64,000 nucleotides of DNA from Candidatus Shikimatogenerans bostrichidophilus (GCA_029851385.1 CP099833.1:87455-151454), one strand, 5' to 3'; shown: positions 26,708 through 37,695, numbered from the stretch's first letter. Notes: generated from the letters alone by a model not told the origin. Translations and numbers: made by a program.

Positions 26708-28489
26708 ATGAAATTAAAATACATAAGAAATTTTTGTATAATTGCACATATAGATCATGGTAAAAGTTCTTTAGCATATCAATTATTAAAAATAACTAAA
26801 TCTATAAATAATAATAATAATTTATTAGATAATATGGAATTAGAGAAAGAGAAAGGAATAACTATAAAAAATCATATTATACAAATTTATTATAAATATA
26901 ATAATAAAAAATATAAATTAAATTTAATAGATACTCCAGGTCATGCTGATTTTACCTATGAAGTATATAAATCTATTTTAGCATCTGAAGGAGCTATTCT
27001 TTTAATAGATATATCCAAAAATATACAGGCTCAAACTATATCTAATTTAAAAATAGCTTTAACTCAAAAAAAGAAAATTATACCTGTTTTAAATAAAATA
27101 GATTTAAATATTGATACGACAAATGTTATTAATAATATAAGAAAATTAATTAAATGTAAAAAAAATAATATATTATTAGTGAGTGCAAAATTTGGAAATG
27201 GTATTAATAAGTTGATAAAACATATAATTAAATATATACCCAGTCCTACTGGAGATATTCATAAATCTTTGCAAGCTTTAATAATAGATTCTTATTACGA
27301 TAAATATAAAGGAATAATAATATATATTAGAATATTTAATGGTATAATTAAAGAAAAGGATAAAATAAAATTACTATCTAATAACAAAATAATATTAGTT
27401 AAAGGTTTATACACATTAGAATATAAAAACAGAAAAATTAAATATATAAGTGCAGGAGATGTAGGTTCTTTTTTATATAAAAGTAAAAACATAGATGATA
27501 TAATTATAGGAGATACTATAGTATCATATAATGATAAATATTCTATAAAAATTACTGATATAAAAATAATACAATCTAATATTTTTATTAGTATTTTTCC
27601 TATTAATTCTAGTGAATATATTAAGCTTGAAAATTCTATTAAAAAATTAAAATTAAATGATTATTCTTTTAGTTATTATAAGGATTTTTCAAATACTTTT
27701 GGTAATGGATTTAGATGTGGTTTTTTAGGATTATTACATTTTGAAATAATAAAGGAAAGAATTATTAGAGAGTATAATATAAATATAATTAGTACTATAC
27801 CGAATGTTAAATATAAAATTATATTAAAAGATAAATCTATACTATATATAGATGATCCTACAAAATATCCACCTAAAAATAATATATTATATATTATGGA
27901 ACCTTATGTAGAAATGGTTATAATTACTTATAATATATATATAGGAAATATTATAACATACTGTATAAATAAAAGAGGTAAATTAATTAATCAAATATAT
28001 AATAAAGAAAACAAAGTAAAATTAATTTTTCATATTCCATTAAATGAAATATTATCAGATTTTAATAATAAATTAAAAATATTAACTAAAGGATATAATA
28101 GTATGACTTATAATATAATTGGATATTTTATATCCGATATAATTAAAGTTGATATTTTTATTAACAATATTAGAATAGATGTATTTTCATTTTTTAGTAA
28201 TATAAAAACGGCTTATAGTAAAAGTAAAAAAATATGTAAGAAATTGAAAGAATTGATACCAAGAAAACAATTTAAAATTCCTATACAAGCTTATATTGAT
28301 AATAAAATAATTGCTAGAGAAACTATTAATCCATATCGTAAAGATGTTACGTCGAAATGTTATGGTGGTGATATTACCAGAAAAATGAAATTATTGAACA
28401 AACAAAAGAAAGGTAAAAAAAGAATGTATAAAATAGGTAAGGTAGATTTGCCTAAATCTATATTTTATTCTTTGATCAATATTAATTAA
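26708..28489 (+). CDS. lepA: Elongation factor 4 LepA
   Basis: IRNFCIIAHIDHGKS, NLIDTPGH, GFRCGFLGLLH, RKDVTSKCYGGDITRK. Confidence 0.97.
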   Translation: MKLKYIRNFCIIAHIDHGKSSLAYQLLKITKSINNNNNLLDNMELEKEKGITIKNHIIQIYYKYNNKKYKLNLIDTPGHADFTYEVYKSILASEGAILLIDISKNIQAQTISNLKIALTQKKKIIPVLNKIDLNIDTTNVINNIRKLIKCKKNNILLVSAKFGNGINKLIKHIIKYIPSPTGDIHKSLQALIIDSYYDKYKGIIIYIRIFNGIIKEKDKIKLLSNNKIILVKGLYTLEYKNRKIKYISAGDVGSFLYKSKNIDDIIIGDTIVSYNDKYSIKITDIKIIQSNIFISIFPINSSEYIKLENSIKKLKLNDYSFSYYKDFSNTFGNGFRCGFLGLLHFEIIKERIIREYNINIISTIPNVKYKIILKDKSILYIDDPTKYPPKNNILYIMEPYVEMVIITYNIYIGNIITYCINKRGKLINQIYNKENKVKLIFHIPLNEILSDFNNKLKILTKGYNSMTYNIIGYFISDIIKVDIFINNIRIDVFSFFSNIKTAYSKSKKICKKLKELIPRKQFKIPIQAYIDNKIIARETINPYRKDVTSKCYGGDITRKMKLLNKQKKGKKRMYKIGKVDLPKSIFYSLININ

Positions 28490-28526
28490 TTTTTTTATAA
28501 TAATATATTAATTATTATAAATTATA

Positions 28527-28608
28527 GGAGAGTTGCCGGAGAGGCTTAACGGACCAGTTTGCTAAACTGGCAGCTTATGCTACATGGGTTCGAATCCCAT
28601 ACTCTCCG
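28527..28608 (+). tRNA. tRNA-Ser(GCT)
   Basis: GGAGAGT/ACTCTCC G acceptor stem; CCAGT TT GCT AA ACTGG anticodon arm; long variable arm. Confidence 0.95.
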
Positions 28609-28617
28609 TAATTTATA

Positions 28618-28693
28618 CGGGGTGTAGCGTAGCCTGGTTAATCGCGCCTGGTTTGGGACCAGGAGATCATAAGTTCAAATCTTATCACCCCGA
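28618..28693 (+). tRNA. tRNA-Pro(TGG)
   Basis: CGGGGTG/CACCCCG A acceptor stem; CCTGG TT TGG GA CCAGG anticodon arm. Confidence 0.95.
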
Positions 28694-28698
28694 TATAT

Positions 28699-28772
28699 GG
28701 TCACGTAGCTCAGTAGGATAGAGCAACTGCCTTCTAAGCAGTTGGTCACAGGTTCGAATCCTGTCGTGATCA
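28699..28772 (+). tRNA. tRNA-Arg(TCT)
   Basis: GGTCACG/CGTGATC A acceptor stem; ACTGC CT TCT AA GCAGT anticodon arm. Confidence 0.95.
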
Positions 28773-28773
28773 T

Positions 28774-29196
28774 ATGAAGAAAGAAATTATTAATAAAAAA
28801 GCAAGGTATTACTATATATTTATAAAAAAATTTAATGCTGGATTAATATTATATGGAAATGAAATTAAATTAATTAGGAAAAATAAATGTAATATAAGTA
28901 ATGCATATTGTAAATTATATAAAAATAATATTTTTCTATTAAATTTTAAAATACATAATTGTAATATAAGAGAAATAAAATTATTATTATCTAAAAAAGA
29001 AATAATTAGAATAAATAATTTAATAATAAATAAAACTTATACAATAATACCAACCAAAATTTTCTATTCTGAAAGCGGATTTGCGAAGCTAGAAATATTC
29101 TTATCTAAAAGGAAAAAATTATATGATTTAAGAAAGTATAATAAAAAAAAAGATAAAGAATTGAATAAAAAAAAATTAAAAAAATATTATTATTAA
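28774..29196 (+). CDS. smpB: SsrA-binding protein
   Basis: NKKARYYY, AGLIL.GNEIK.IR, KLLL.KKEI, TIIP, GFAKLEI, KK.YD.R. Confidence 0.93.
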   Translation: MKKEIINKKARYYYIFIKKFNAGLILYGNEIKLIRKNKCNISNAYCKLYKNNIFLLNFKIHNCNIREIKLLLSKKEIIRINNLIINKTYTIIPTKIFYSESGFAKLEIFLSKRKKLYDLRKYNKKKDKELNKKKLKKYYY

Positions 29197-29221
29197 ATAA
29201 TATTTTTTTAATTATTTTAAT

Positions 29222-30277
29222 TTATTTTAATTGTACCTCTATAGATTTTTTATGTATAATATCAAATAAATTCTGTATATAATTTTCATCTATATTTATA
29301 GATTTACATATACTTTTATAATATTCTTTCAATTCTAACATTTTTTCTTTTTGTATTATCTCAATATTATTTTTTTTTTTAATTTTCCCTATCAATTTAG
29401 AACTATTTAATCTTTTTTTTAATAAATATATAATGTTCTTATCTATTTCTAGTATATTTGTTCTATATAGATTTATTTCATTAAAATTATTATTCTTTTT
29501 TTTAAACAATATTTTATTTAAAATATCAGTTAGTTTATCTGGAGTAATTTGTTGATAAGCATCACTTAATGCGTTATCTGGATTTATATGAGTTTCTACC
29601 ATTAAACCATCATATCCAAAATCTATTGCTTTTTTAGAAACTTCTAATATTAATTTACTATCACCAGTAATATGTGAAGGATCGCATATAATTGGTATAT
29701 TAGGATAATCTTTTTTTATATTTACTACTTCTAACCAACAAGGTAAATTACGATATGTTTTACTAGGATAAATTGTAAATCCTCTATGAATTAAACCTAT
29801 ATTAAATATATTTTTATTAATTAATCTTTCTACACCCCCTAACCATAAATTAATATCTAAAGATAACGGATTTTTTATAAGTATTATTTTTTTTGTGTTT
29901 TTTAAAGTATTTGCTATTTCTTCTACAGTAAAAGGATTACAAGTACTTCTAGCACCTATCCATAATATATCTATATCATATTTAAGAGCTATTTCTGCTT
30001 GTTTTTTATTAGCTATTTCTGTAGCTATTAAAAAATTATATTTTTTTTTCGCATCCATTAACCATTTTAATCCTATCTCTCCAACTCCTTCAAACATACC
30101 TGGTTTAGTTCTAGGTTTCCATATACCTGCTCTAAAAACTTCTACATAGTCTTTATTAATATTCTTAGCAGTATCTAAAATTTGTGATTTATTTTCAGCA
30201 CTACATGGACCAGCTATAATTAATGGATAAGAAAACTTCTTTATCCATTTACCATTTATTTTATTTAATAGATTCAT
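29222..30277 (-). CDS. Bifunctional DAHP synthase / chorismate mutase type II
   Basis: IAGPCSAE, WKPRT, WIGAR, HRGF, DPSH, ETH, SDAYQQ; C-terminal chorismate mutase domain R..I.EID..I..LL..R..IG..KK. Confidence 0.93.
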   Translation of the reverse strand: MNLLNKINGKWIKKFSYPLIIAGPCSAENKSQILDTAKNINKDYVEVFRAGIWKPRTKPGMFEGVGEIGLKWLMDAKKKYNFLIATEIANKKQAEIALKYDIDILWIGARSTCNPFTVEEIANTLKNTKKIILIKNPLSLDINLWLGGVERLINKNIFNIGLIHRGFTIYPSKTYRNLPCWLEVVNIKKDYPNIPIICDPSHITGDSKLILEVSKKAIDFGYDGLMVETHINPDNALSDAYQQITPDKLTDILNKILFKKKNNNFNEINLYRTNILEIDKNIIYLLKKRLNSSKLIGKIKKKNNIEIIQKEKMLELKEYYKSICKSINIDENYIQNLFDIIHKKSIEVQLK

Positions 30278-30322
30278 ATTATTTTTAAATTTAAATATAT
30301 TAATAATATATATTAAAATTTA

Positions 30323-30751
30323 TTAATAATCTATTATTAATTTTCCTTTTAAATGATCATATTCATGTTGAAATATTCTAGAAGATAAATTTTTAATCTT
30401 TATTTTTTTTTTCTCCCATTTCTCATTATAAAATTCTATTAATATACTTTTATATCTTAACACGTTAACATAATAATTAGGTAAACTTAAACAACCTTCT
30501 TTCTTATAATATTTCTTTTTTCCAAATTTTATAATGATAGGATTAATTATAACCATTTTATTAATACTAATTATAAATAAATTAATATTAATTCCTATTT
30601 GTGGTGCAGATAATCCTATACCATTATAATTATACATGGTATCAAACATATTATTAATTAATTCTAAAATATTTAATTTTTTTTTTATATTTATACTTTT
30701 TCTTCTTAATATATTTCTATTATTTTTATATAATAAAATTGGGTATATCAT
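30323..30751 (-). CDS. def: Peptide deformylase
   Basis: GIGLSAPQIG, EGCLS, QHEYDHL. Confidence 0.96.
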   Translation of the reverse strand: MIYPILLYKNNRNILRRKSINIKKKLNILELINNMFDTMYNYNGIGLSAPQIGININLFIISINKMVIINPIIIKFGKKKYYKKEGCLSLPNYYVNVLRYKSILIEFYNEKWEKKKIKIKNLSSRIFQHEYDHLKGKLIIDY

Positions 30752-31164
30752 ATTTTATTAATTTTTAAATAGTTTTGTAATATTATAATAGCACTCATTA
30801 TATTTGTTTCTTCCTTAATTTTATTTTTAGGATATTTAATTAAATTTAAATAATATCTAGATATATTAGAAGTATATCTTTCATCTATAAAATCTATTAT
30901 TAATTTAGGAAAAATATTTAATAATACATTTTTTAAATTTCTAATTACCTTAGTAATAAATAAATCTTTATTATTATTTTTTTTAGGTAACCCTAATACT
31001 ATTATATTAATATTTTCTTTATTTATTATATTTATTAAATAATTAATCAAATTTTCCGTTTTTATACATGCTAATCCAAGCGCTACTTTTTGGTTATTAT
31101 CAGTAATAGATATTCCACATCTTTTACTACCATAATCAATACCTAATAATTTATTTTTTATCAT
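30748..31164 (-). CDS. ruvX: YqgF/RuvX pre-16S rRNA nuclease
   Basis: LGIDYGSKRCGI, VLGLP, DERYTS, SAIIILQ. Confidence 0.93.
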   Translation of the reverse strand: MIKNKLLGIDYGSKRCGISITDNNQKVALGLACIKTENLINYLINIINKENINIIVLGLPKKNNNKDLFITKVIRNLKNVLLNIFPKLIIDFIDERYTSNISRYYLNLIKYPKNKIKEETNIMSAIIILQNYLKINKI

Positions 31165-31207
31165 ATTAAATTTTTATTTATTTTTTTTTATAAAAATAAA
31201 ATTATGT

Positions 31208-32641
31208 ATGTTAAAAAAGAATATATTAAAATTGATAAAAAAGAATAAAATTTTTAAAAATATATCTAAAATAAGTGATAAATTAAATTATAAAACCTAT
31301 ATAATAGGAGGATTTAGTAGGAATATTTTTTTAAAAAATAAAATAAAATTGTTTGATATCGATATAGTAACTACTGGAGATAGCTATATATTAGCAAAAA
31401 AATTTAGCAATATATTATCTATAAAAAATTTTTTTGTTTTTAAAAGATTTAAAACTGTAATAGTAAAATATAATAATAAAAATATAGAATTTGTAAGTAC
31501 ACGTAAAGAATATTATAATATATATAATAATAAACCTTATGTAAAAATATTAGATAATATTAAAGACGATCAAAAAAGAAGAGATTTTACTATTAATACA
31601 ATCGCAATAAGTTTAAATAAAAAAAGTTTGGGTAAAATTATAGATCCTTATAATGGTATAAAAGATATTAATAAAAAAATATTAAAAACACCTATAAATC
31701 CTGATAAAATTTATTATGATGATCCATTAAGAATGATAAGAGCTATAAGATTTGCTACACAATTAAATTTTAAAATTTCTAAAGAATCATTAAAATCAAT
31801 TAAGAGAAACAAATATAGATTAAGAATTATATCTATAGAAAGAATAAATTTAGAATTTAATAAAATTATATTAACACGTAAACCATCTATAGGTATTAAA
31901 CTTATGTATAAATTAGGTTTTTTATCTATGTACTTACCTGAATTATTAGATTTAAATAAAGTTCAAATTATTCATGGATTTACTTACAAAAATAATTTTA
32001 TACACACATTAAAGGTAATAGATAAAATAAGTAAATATACTAATAATTTATGGTTAAAATGGGCTACATTATTACATGATATTGGGAAACCAGTGTCTAA
32101 GAATTTTAACAAAAAAAAAGGTTGGACTTTTTATAATCATGAAATTATAGGATCTAATATGATACCTTATATATTTTATAAATTAAAATTACCTATTAAA
32201 AATAATGTGAACTATATTATAAAAATTATTAGATATAGTAATATATCGAATATTTTAATTAATAGAAAAGTTAAGTTATCAACTATAAGAAAATTTATTT
32301 ATAAAATAGGGTATAAAAATATAAAAGATTTATTATTATTATCAAAATGTGATATAACTACTAATAATTATATACTAAAAAAAGAAAAAATAAAAGAAAT
32401 AAAAATATTATATAATAATATAAAAAAAATAAATAATATAGAAAGAATTAATAAAATTAAATTACATATAAATGGTGATAATATTATGAAATATTTTAAT
32501 CTCCCTCCATCTAAAATAATAGGAAAAATAAAGAATAAAATTAAAAATTATATTATAGAAGGTAAAATTAATAATACATTAAAAGATACTATAAATTTAA
32601 TGAAAATTATAGGTAAAAAAATAATTAAAAAAAATGAGTAA
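31208..32641 (+). CDS. cca: CCA-adding tRNA nucleotidyltransferase with HD domain
   Basis: IGGFSR, DIDI, RRDFTIN, DDPLRMIRAIRF, ERI, LLHDIGK, HE. Confidence 0.9.
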   Translation: MLKKNILKLIKKNKIFKNISKISDKLNYKTYIIGGFSRNIFLKNKIKLFDIDIVTTGDSYILAKKFSNILSIKNFFVFKRFKTVIVKYNNKNIEFVSTRKEYYNIYNNKPYVKILDNIKDDQKRRDFTINTIAISLNKKSLGKIIDPYNGIKDINKKILKTPINPDKIYYDDPLRMIRAIRFATQLNFKISKESLKSIKRNKYRLRIISIERINLEFNKIILTRKPSIGIKLMYKLGFLSMYLPELLDLNKVQIIHGFTYKNNFIHTLKVIDKISKYTNNLWLKWATLLHDIGKPVSKNFNKKKGWTFYNHEIIGSNMIPYIFYKLKLPIKNNVNYIIKIIRYSNISNILINRKVKLSTIRKFIYKIGYKNIKDLLLLSKCDITTNNYILKKEKIKEIKILYNNIKKINNIERINKIKLHINGDNIMKYFNLPPSKIIGKIKNKIKNYIIEGKINNTLKDTINLMKIIGKKIIKKNE

Positions 32642-32969
32642 AAGGGATAAAATTAATAATATAATTAAAATTATTTATATGAAAGAAAAGAAAATATTTA
32701 AATATAATATAATATTATTAACACCATTTAAAATATTGATTCCGAATAATATAAAATATTTAAATTTTTTTTATTTTTTTTTAAAAAAATATAAAATAAA
32801 ATATAAACTTTATAAGTTTAATATTTATATTTTTTCAATACCTTTATTAATTAATATTAAAAATATAGAAATAGTTTTTAATTTAATTTTAAGTTTAAAT
32901 AATAAAAAAAAAATAAGTAAAAAATTATTTTTTTATTTTATTAAAAAAAAAATTAAAAAATATATATAA
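32634..32969 (+). CDS. Hypothetical protein, possibly an eroded MutL C-terminal subdomain
   Basis: 111-aa ORF filling the gap between cca and rsmG; weak ILLTP...IFSIP pattern. Confidence 0.4.
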   Translation: MSKRDKINNIIKIIYMKEKKIFKYNIILLTPFKILIPNNIKYLNFFYFFLKKYKIKYKLYKFNIYIFSIPLLINIKNIEIVFNLILSLNNKKKISKKLFFYFIKKKIKKYI

Positions 32970-33581
32970 TTATATTGGTATATATATAATTTTTTTATTT
33001 ATATAAAATTGTTTTTTATATATTTCATATAAATCTTTAATGTAAAAATTCTTATTAATTTTAATTTCATTATTTTTTACGCCAGTTAAATAAATTATAC
33101 CATTTTTTAAATAATGATTAGATTTTTTATTAATATTATTTCTTACCATATTATAAAATTTATTTATGTTAGTTAAATATCTACTTATAATAAAATCATA
33201 TTTTTGTTTTATATTTTCTATGCGATCATTAATTAAATAAACATTTTTTATTTTTAATACCTTAATAATTTTTTTTAAAATTAATATTTTTTTTTTAATA
33301 GAATCAACTAAATAAAATTTTGTATTTTTAAATATAATAGATAATGGAATACCAGGGAATCCTCCACCTGTACCTGCATCCATAATCTTACTATTAGGTA
33401 AAAATTTTATTAAATTAATTATTGATAAGGAATATTCTATATGATTTTGGTAAAATTTATTTAAGCTATTTGTTGATATTAAATTAATTTTATTATTATA
33501 ATAAGTATGTATTCTTTTTAAAAGTTTAAACTTATTAAGATCTTTATAATAAAACTTTATATAGTTATTAATAATTTTCAT
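32970..33581 (-). CDS. rsmG: 16S rRNA m7G527 methyltransferase
   Basis: N.KINLIS, HI..SL, DAGTGGGFPGIPL, LVDSIKKK, DFIISR. Confidence 0.95.
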   Translation of the reverse strand: MKIINNYIKFYYKDLNKFKLLKRIHTYYNNKINLISTNSLNKFYQNHIEYSLSIINLIKFLPNSKIMDAGTGGGFPGIPLSIIFKNTKFYLVDSIKKKILILKKIIKVLKIKNVYLINDRIENIKQKYDFIISRYLTNINKFYNMVRNNINKKSNHYLKNGIIYLTGVKNNEIKINKNFYIKDLYEIYKKQFYINKKIIYIPI

Positions 33582-33593
33582 ATTTTATTAGTA

Positions 33594-33667
33594 GGTGAAC
33601 GACTGGATTTGAACCAGCAACTATCAGAACCACAATCTGATGCTCTACCTATTGAGCTACGTCCACC
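33594..33667 (-). tRNA. tRNA-His(GTG)
   Basis: Reverse complement G-GTGGACG...TCAGA TT GTG GT TCTGA...CGTTCAC C, with an encoded G-1:C73 pair. Confidence 0.95.
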
Positions 33668-33732
33668 ATGTATAATTATTTTATTATAACTTTTTTTTTT
33701 GTTAATTTATAATTATTAATAAAATTAAATAA

Positions 33733-35388
33733 ATGTATAGGACACATAATTGCGGAGAATTAAATATAAAACATTGTAATTATATAGTAACATTATCAGG
33801 CTGGGTTGATAGTATTAGGTTAATGAAAAATATTACTTTTATAGATATAAGAGATTTTTATGGTATTACACAATTATTAATACCGAGTATTAAAAAAAAA
33901 ATTAAAAAAGAATATCTTATACAAATAAAAGGTAAGGTCGTAAAAAGAAAATCACCAAATTATAATATAAATACAGGTAATATAGAGGTATATGTAAACA
34001 AACTAAAAATTTTAAATAAATCAATAAAAATACCTATAGATATTAAAAAAGAATATAGTAGAAATAAAGTAAATTTATTAAAATATAGATATTTATATTT
34101 AAGGAATTTTAATTTAAAAAATAATTTAATAATAAAATCTAAAATATTAAATTTAATTAGAAATTTTTTTATAAAAAATAATTTTATAGAAATAGAAACT
34201 CCTTTACTAGTTAAATCTACTTCAGAAGGAGCTAGAAATTTTATAGTACCATATAGAAAAAAAAAAGGTTATTATTATTCATTACCTCAATCTCCTCAAA
34301 CTTTTAAACAATTATTAATGATTGGTGGTATAGATAAATATTATCAAATTGTTAAATGTTTTAGAGATGAAGATATACGTAAGGATAGGCAACCAGAATT
34401 TACACAATTGGATTTTGAATTATCATTTATAAATAGGAAAAATATTTTTAATATAATTATAAAATTTATTAAATATTTATTATATAAAATTCATAACATA
34501 AAATTTATAAATATAAAAATTTTATCTTATAAATATATTATAAAAAAATATTATACAGATAAACCTGATTTAAGATTTAAAATTTATGAAATTAGTAAAA
34601 AATATTTTAAATATTATATAAATAGTAATTATTTAAATTATAAAATTTATAGTTTAATTTTACCTAATTATTTTAATATTATAGATATTAATAAATATGT
34701 AATTATAAATTTATTAAAAGATCAAAATAATAAAGTATTAATATATAATTACAAGAATAGTATTACTAATAGATTGGATAAAAAAGTATTTAAAAACATA
34801 AATTTTATAAAAAATATTATAAAAAAAGAATTTTTTTCTAAAAAAGATTTATTATTATTCTTAATATTAAATGATAATAAAAATTATAAAAAATTAATAA
34901 ATAAAATTAATAATTTTCTTTTAAGATCTAAATATTTAAATAATATTTATATACCTATTATTATATATAAATTTCCTTTATTTAAATATAGAAAAGGTAA
35001 ATTTTATTCTTATCATCATCCATTTACTAATCCTTATAATGGTAAATTAATTAATAATATTAATAAAATATTTGCAGATTCTTATGACTTAATTATAAAT
35101 GGAATAGAAATTGGTAGTGGATCTATTCGCATAGATAATTATAATATGCAAAAAAAAATTTTTAATATTTTAGGATTATCAAAAAATATTATAAAAAAAG
35201 AATTTAATTATTTCCTTGAATCTTTAAAATTTGGTACTCCACCACATGGTGGGATGGGAATAGGTATTGATAGATTAATTTTATCGTTATTTAACAAAAA
35301 AGATATAATGGATTTTATAGCTTTTCCTAAAAATTATTTAAATAAAGATTTAATGATTAAAGCACCTTCAAAAATTATAAAAATTTAA
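33733..35388 (+). CDS. aspS: Aspartyl-tRNA synthetase
   Basis: MYRTHNCGEL, LPQSPQ, CFRDED, RQPEFTQ, HHPFT, GSGSIR, PPHGG. Confidence 0.96.
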   Translation: MYRTHNCGELNIKHCNYIVTLSGWVDSIRLMKNITFIDIRDFYGITQLLIPSIKKKIKKEYLIQIKGKVVKRKSPNYNINTGNIEVYVNKLKILNKSIKIPIDIKKEYSRNKVNLLKYRYLYLRNFNLKNNLIIKSKILNLIRNFFIKNNFIEIETPLLVKSTSEGARNFIVPYRKKKGYYYSLPQSPQTFKQLLMIGGIDKYYQIVKCFRDEDIRKDRQPEFTQLDFELSFINRKNIFNIIIKFIKYLLYKIHNIKFINIKILSYKYIIKKYYTDKPDLRFKIYEISKKYFKYYINSNYLNYKIYSLILPNYFNIIDINKYVIINLLKDQNNKVLIYNYKNSITNRLDKKVFKNINFIKNIIKKEFFSKKDLLLFLILNDNKNYKKLINKINNFLLRSKYLNNIYIPIIIYKFPLFKYRKGKFYSYHHPFTNPYNGKLINNINKIFADSYDLIINGIEIGSGSIRIDNYNMQKKIFNILGLSKNIIKKEFNYFLESLKFGTPPHGGMGIGIDRLILSLFNKKDIMDFIAFPKNYLNKDLMIKAPSKIIKI

Positions 35389-35392
35389 AAAT

Positions 35393-35608
35393 ATGATTAA
35401 AAACAGAAAATATTTTATAAATCTAATAGTTTCATTTACTAATAGAATTTATAAATTAAGCGAACATTTAAAAAATAATAGTAAAGATTATAATACAGTA
35501 AGATCTTTACTAAAAATTGTATCTAAACGTAAAAAAAATTTAAATTATATAAAAAATAATAATAAAAAATTATTTTTTAAAATTAAAGATAAAATTAATA
35601 TTAGATAA
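35393..35608 (+). CDS. rpsO: 30S ribosomal protein S15 (N-terminally shortened)
   Basis: FT.RI..LSEHLK.N.KDYNT.RSL.K.V.KR; directly upstream of pnp. Confidence 0.9.
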   Translation: MIKNRKYFINLIVSFTNRIYKLSEHLKNNSKDYNTVRSLLKIVSKRKKNLNYIKNNNKKLFFKIKDKINIR

Positions 35609-35622
35609 CTTAGTATTATAAT

Positions 35623-37695
35623 ATGTATAAAAGAATTAATAAAGTTATTAAGATAAAAAATAATAGAAAAATTATTTTAGAAACAGGTCAAATAGCAAAT
35701 TTATCAGATGGTTCAGTTATTATTAGATTGGGCGATACTATATTATTAACTACTGTAGTTATAGGCGATATATTAGAAAAAACAAATGATTTTATACCAT
35801 TAACTATAGATTATAGGGAAAAATATTTTGCTAGTGGGAAAATACCTGGAGGATATATAAAAAGAGAAGGTCGACCGTCAGAAGAAGAAATAATTACTAT
35901 GAGAATAGTAGATAGACTAATTAGACCATTATTACCTAAAAATTTAATTAATGAAATACAAATAATGATATCCTTATTATCTTATGATAAGAAGGTAGCA
36001 CCTGATGGATTAGTAGGATTAGCGGCATCTACTGCATTATTAATTTCTGGTATCCCTTATTATGGTCCTGCATCACAAATAAGGATTGCTAGGATAAATA
36101 AATTAATTATAATTAATCCAACTATAGAAGAAATTAAATTATCGGATATAAATTTAATAATTGGTGGAACATATAATTCTATTTTAATGATAGAAGGTGA
36201 TATGAAAGAAATTAATAATAAAGATTTTATCAAAATTGTAAAATATGCACATTATAATATAAAAAAACAAATAAAATCACAATTAAAATTCTATTATAAG
36301 GTAAAAAAAAATATATTTAAAAAAAAAATTTATTTTTTAAAAAATAAAAAATTGAAACAAATTATAAGAAAAAAAACTTTTAATAAAATATTATATATAT
36401 TAAATAATATTAAAAATAAAAAAAAAAGACAAAATAAATTAAAAAAAATATTATATAATTTTAAAAATAAGTTTAATAAAAAATTTATTTCATATAATGA
36501 GTTTTTATTTGATAAATATTATAATTTTTTTAATAAAATAATAATAAGAGCATTTATAGAAAAAAAAAGTAAAAGACTAGATGGTAGATCTTTAGATCAA
36601 ATTAGAGATATTGATATTATTAATGGGTTTTTGCCTGGAGTGCATGGATCTACATTATTTACAAGAGGAGAAACACAATGTTTGACTACTGTAACATTAG
36701 GATCTTCATTAGATGCAAATAGAATTGACAATGTAGTTATTGAAGATAATGAAACATTTTATTTGCATTATAATTTCCCACCATTTTCTACAGGAGAAAT
36801 TAAGCAAAATTTTGGAGTATCTCGTAGAGAAGTAGGTCATGGTCATTTAGCTAAGAATGCTTTAAAAAATATGATACCTAATAATAATCAATATACTATT
36901 AGAGTGGTATCTGATATTTTATCATCAAATGGATCATCTTCAATGGCTACTGTTTGTGCTGGAAGTTTATCTTTAATTGATGCTGGTATAAAAATAAAAA
37001 ATAAAGTAGCTGGTATAGCTATAGGTTATATAAATAAAAAAAAAGGTAAAGGAATTATATTATCTGATATCTTAGGTGAAGAAGATCATTATGGTGATTT
37101 AGATTTTAAAATAGGTAAAACCAAAAATGGTATAACTGCTTGTCAAATGGATATTAAGGATCATAGAATTAATATTTTAAATAATAGTATATTAAAAAAT
37201 ATTTTAAAAAAATCAGATAAATGCATACATATTATTTTACGTAAAATGAAAAAAAGTATAATAAATTTTAATAGTAAAGATAAACTTATTAATAAATTTA
37301 CTTTATTAAAAATACCTAGTAAATATATAGGTACTATAATAGGTAAAGGAGGTCAAAACATAAAGAAAATAGAACGATTAACAAATACTAATATAGTAAT
37401 AAAAGAAAAAGATGATTATGGAGTTGTAGAAATTTTGGGTAATAATAAAAATTATATAGATGCTGCCTTAAAAATTATTAAGAAATTAATATTTACTCCT
37501 AAAATAGGATATATATATAACGCAAAAATTATAAATATTAAAAATTATAAGTTATTTCTAAAATTATCTAATAAAAATTATATTGTATTAAAAATATCAA
37601 ATTATTTAAAAAATAAATATAAATATAAAATAGGCGATTTTGTAAATATTAAATATTTAGGTATAAAAAATGAAAAACTATCAAACTATAAATAA
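35623..37695 (+). CDS. pnp: Polynucleotide phosphorylase
   Basis: [47 protein letters not shown] motif IIGKGG. Confidence 0.97.
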   Translation: MYKRINKVIKIKNNRKIILETGQIANLSDGSVIIRLGDTILLTTVVIGDILEKTNDFIPLTIDYREKYFASGKIPGGYIKREGRPSEEEIITMRIVDRLIRPLLPKNLINEIQIMISLLSYDKKVAPDGLVGLAASTALLISGIPYYGPASQIRIARINKLIIINPTIEEIKLSDINLIIGGTYNSILMIEGDMKEINNKDFIKIVKYAHYNIKKQIKSQLKFYYKVKKNIFKKKIYFLKNKKLKQIIRKKTFNKILYILNNIKNKKKRQNKLKKILYNFKNKFNKKFISYNEFLFDKYYNFFNKIIIRAFIEKKSKRLDGRSLDQIRDIDIINGFLPGVHGSTLFTRGETQCLTTVTLGSSLDANRIDNVVIEDNETFYLHYNFPPFSTGEIKQNFGVSRREVGHGHLAKNALKNMIPNNNQYTIRVVSDILSSNGSSSMATVCAGSLSLIDAGIKIKNKVAGIAIGYINKKKGKGIILSDILGEEDHYGDLDFKIGKTKNGITACQMDIKDHRINILNNSILKNILKKSDKCIHIILRKMKKSIINFNSKDKLINKFTLLKIPSKYIGTIIGKGGQNIKKIERLTNTNIVIKEKDDYGVVEILGNNKNYIDAALKIIKKLIFTPKIGYIYNAKIINIKNYKLFLKLSNKNYIVLKISNYLKNKYKYKIGDFVNIKYLGIKNEKLSNYK

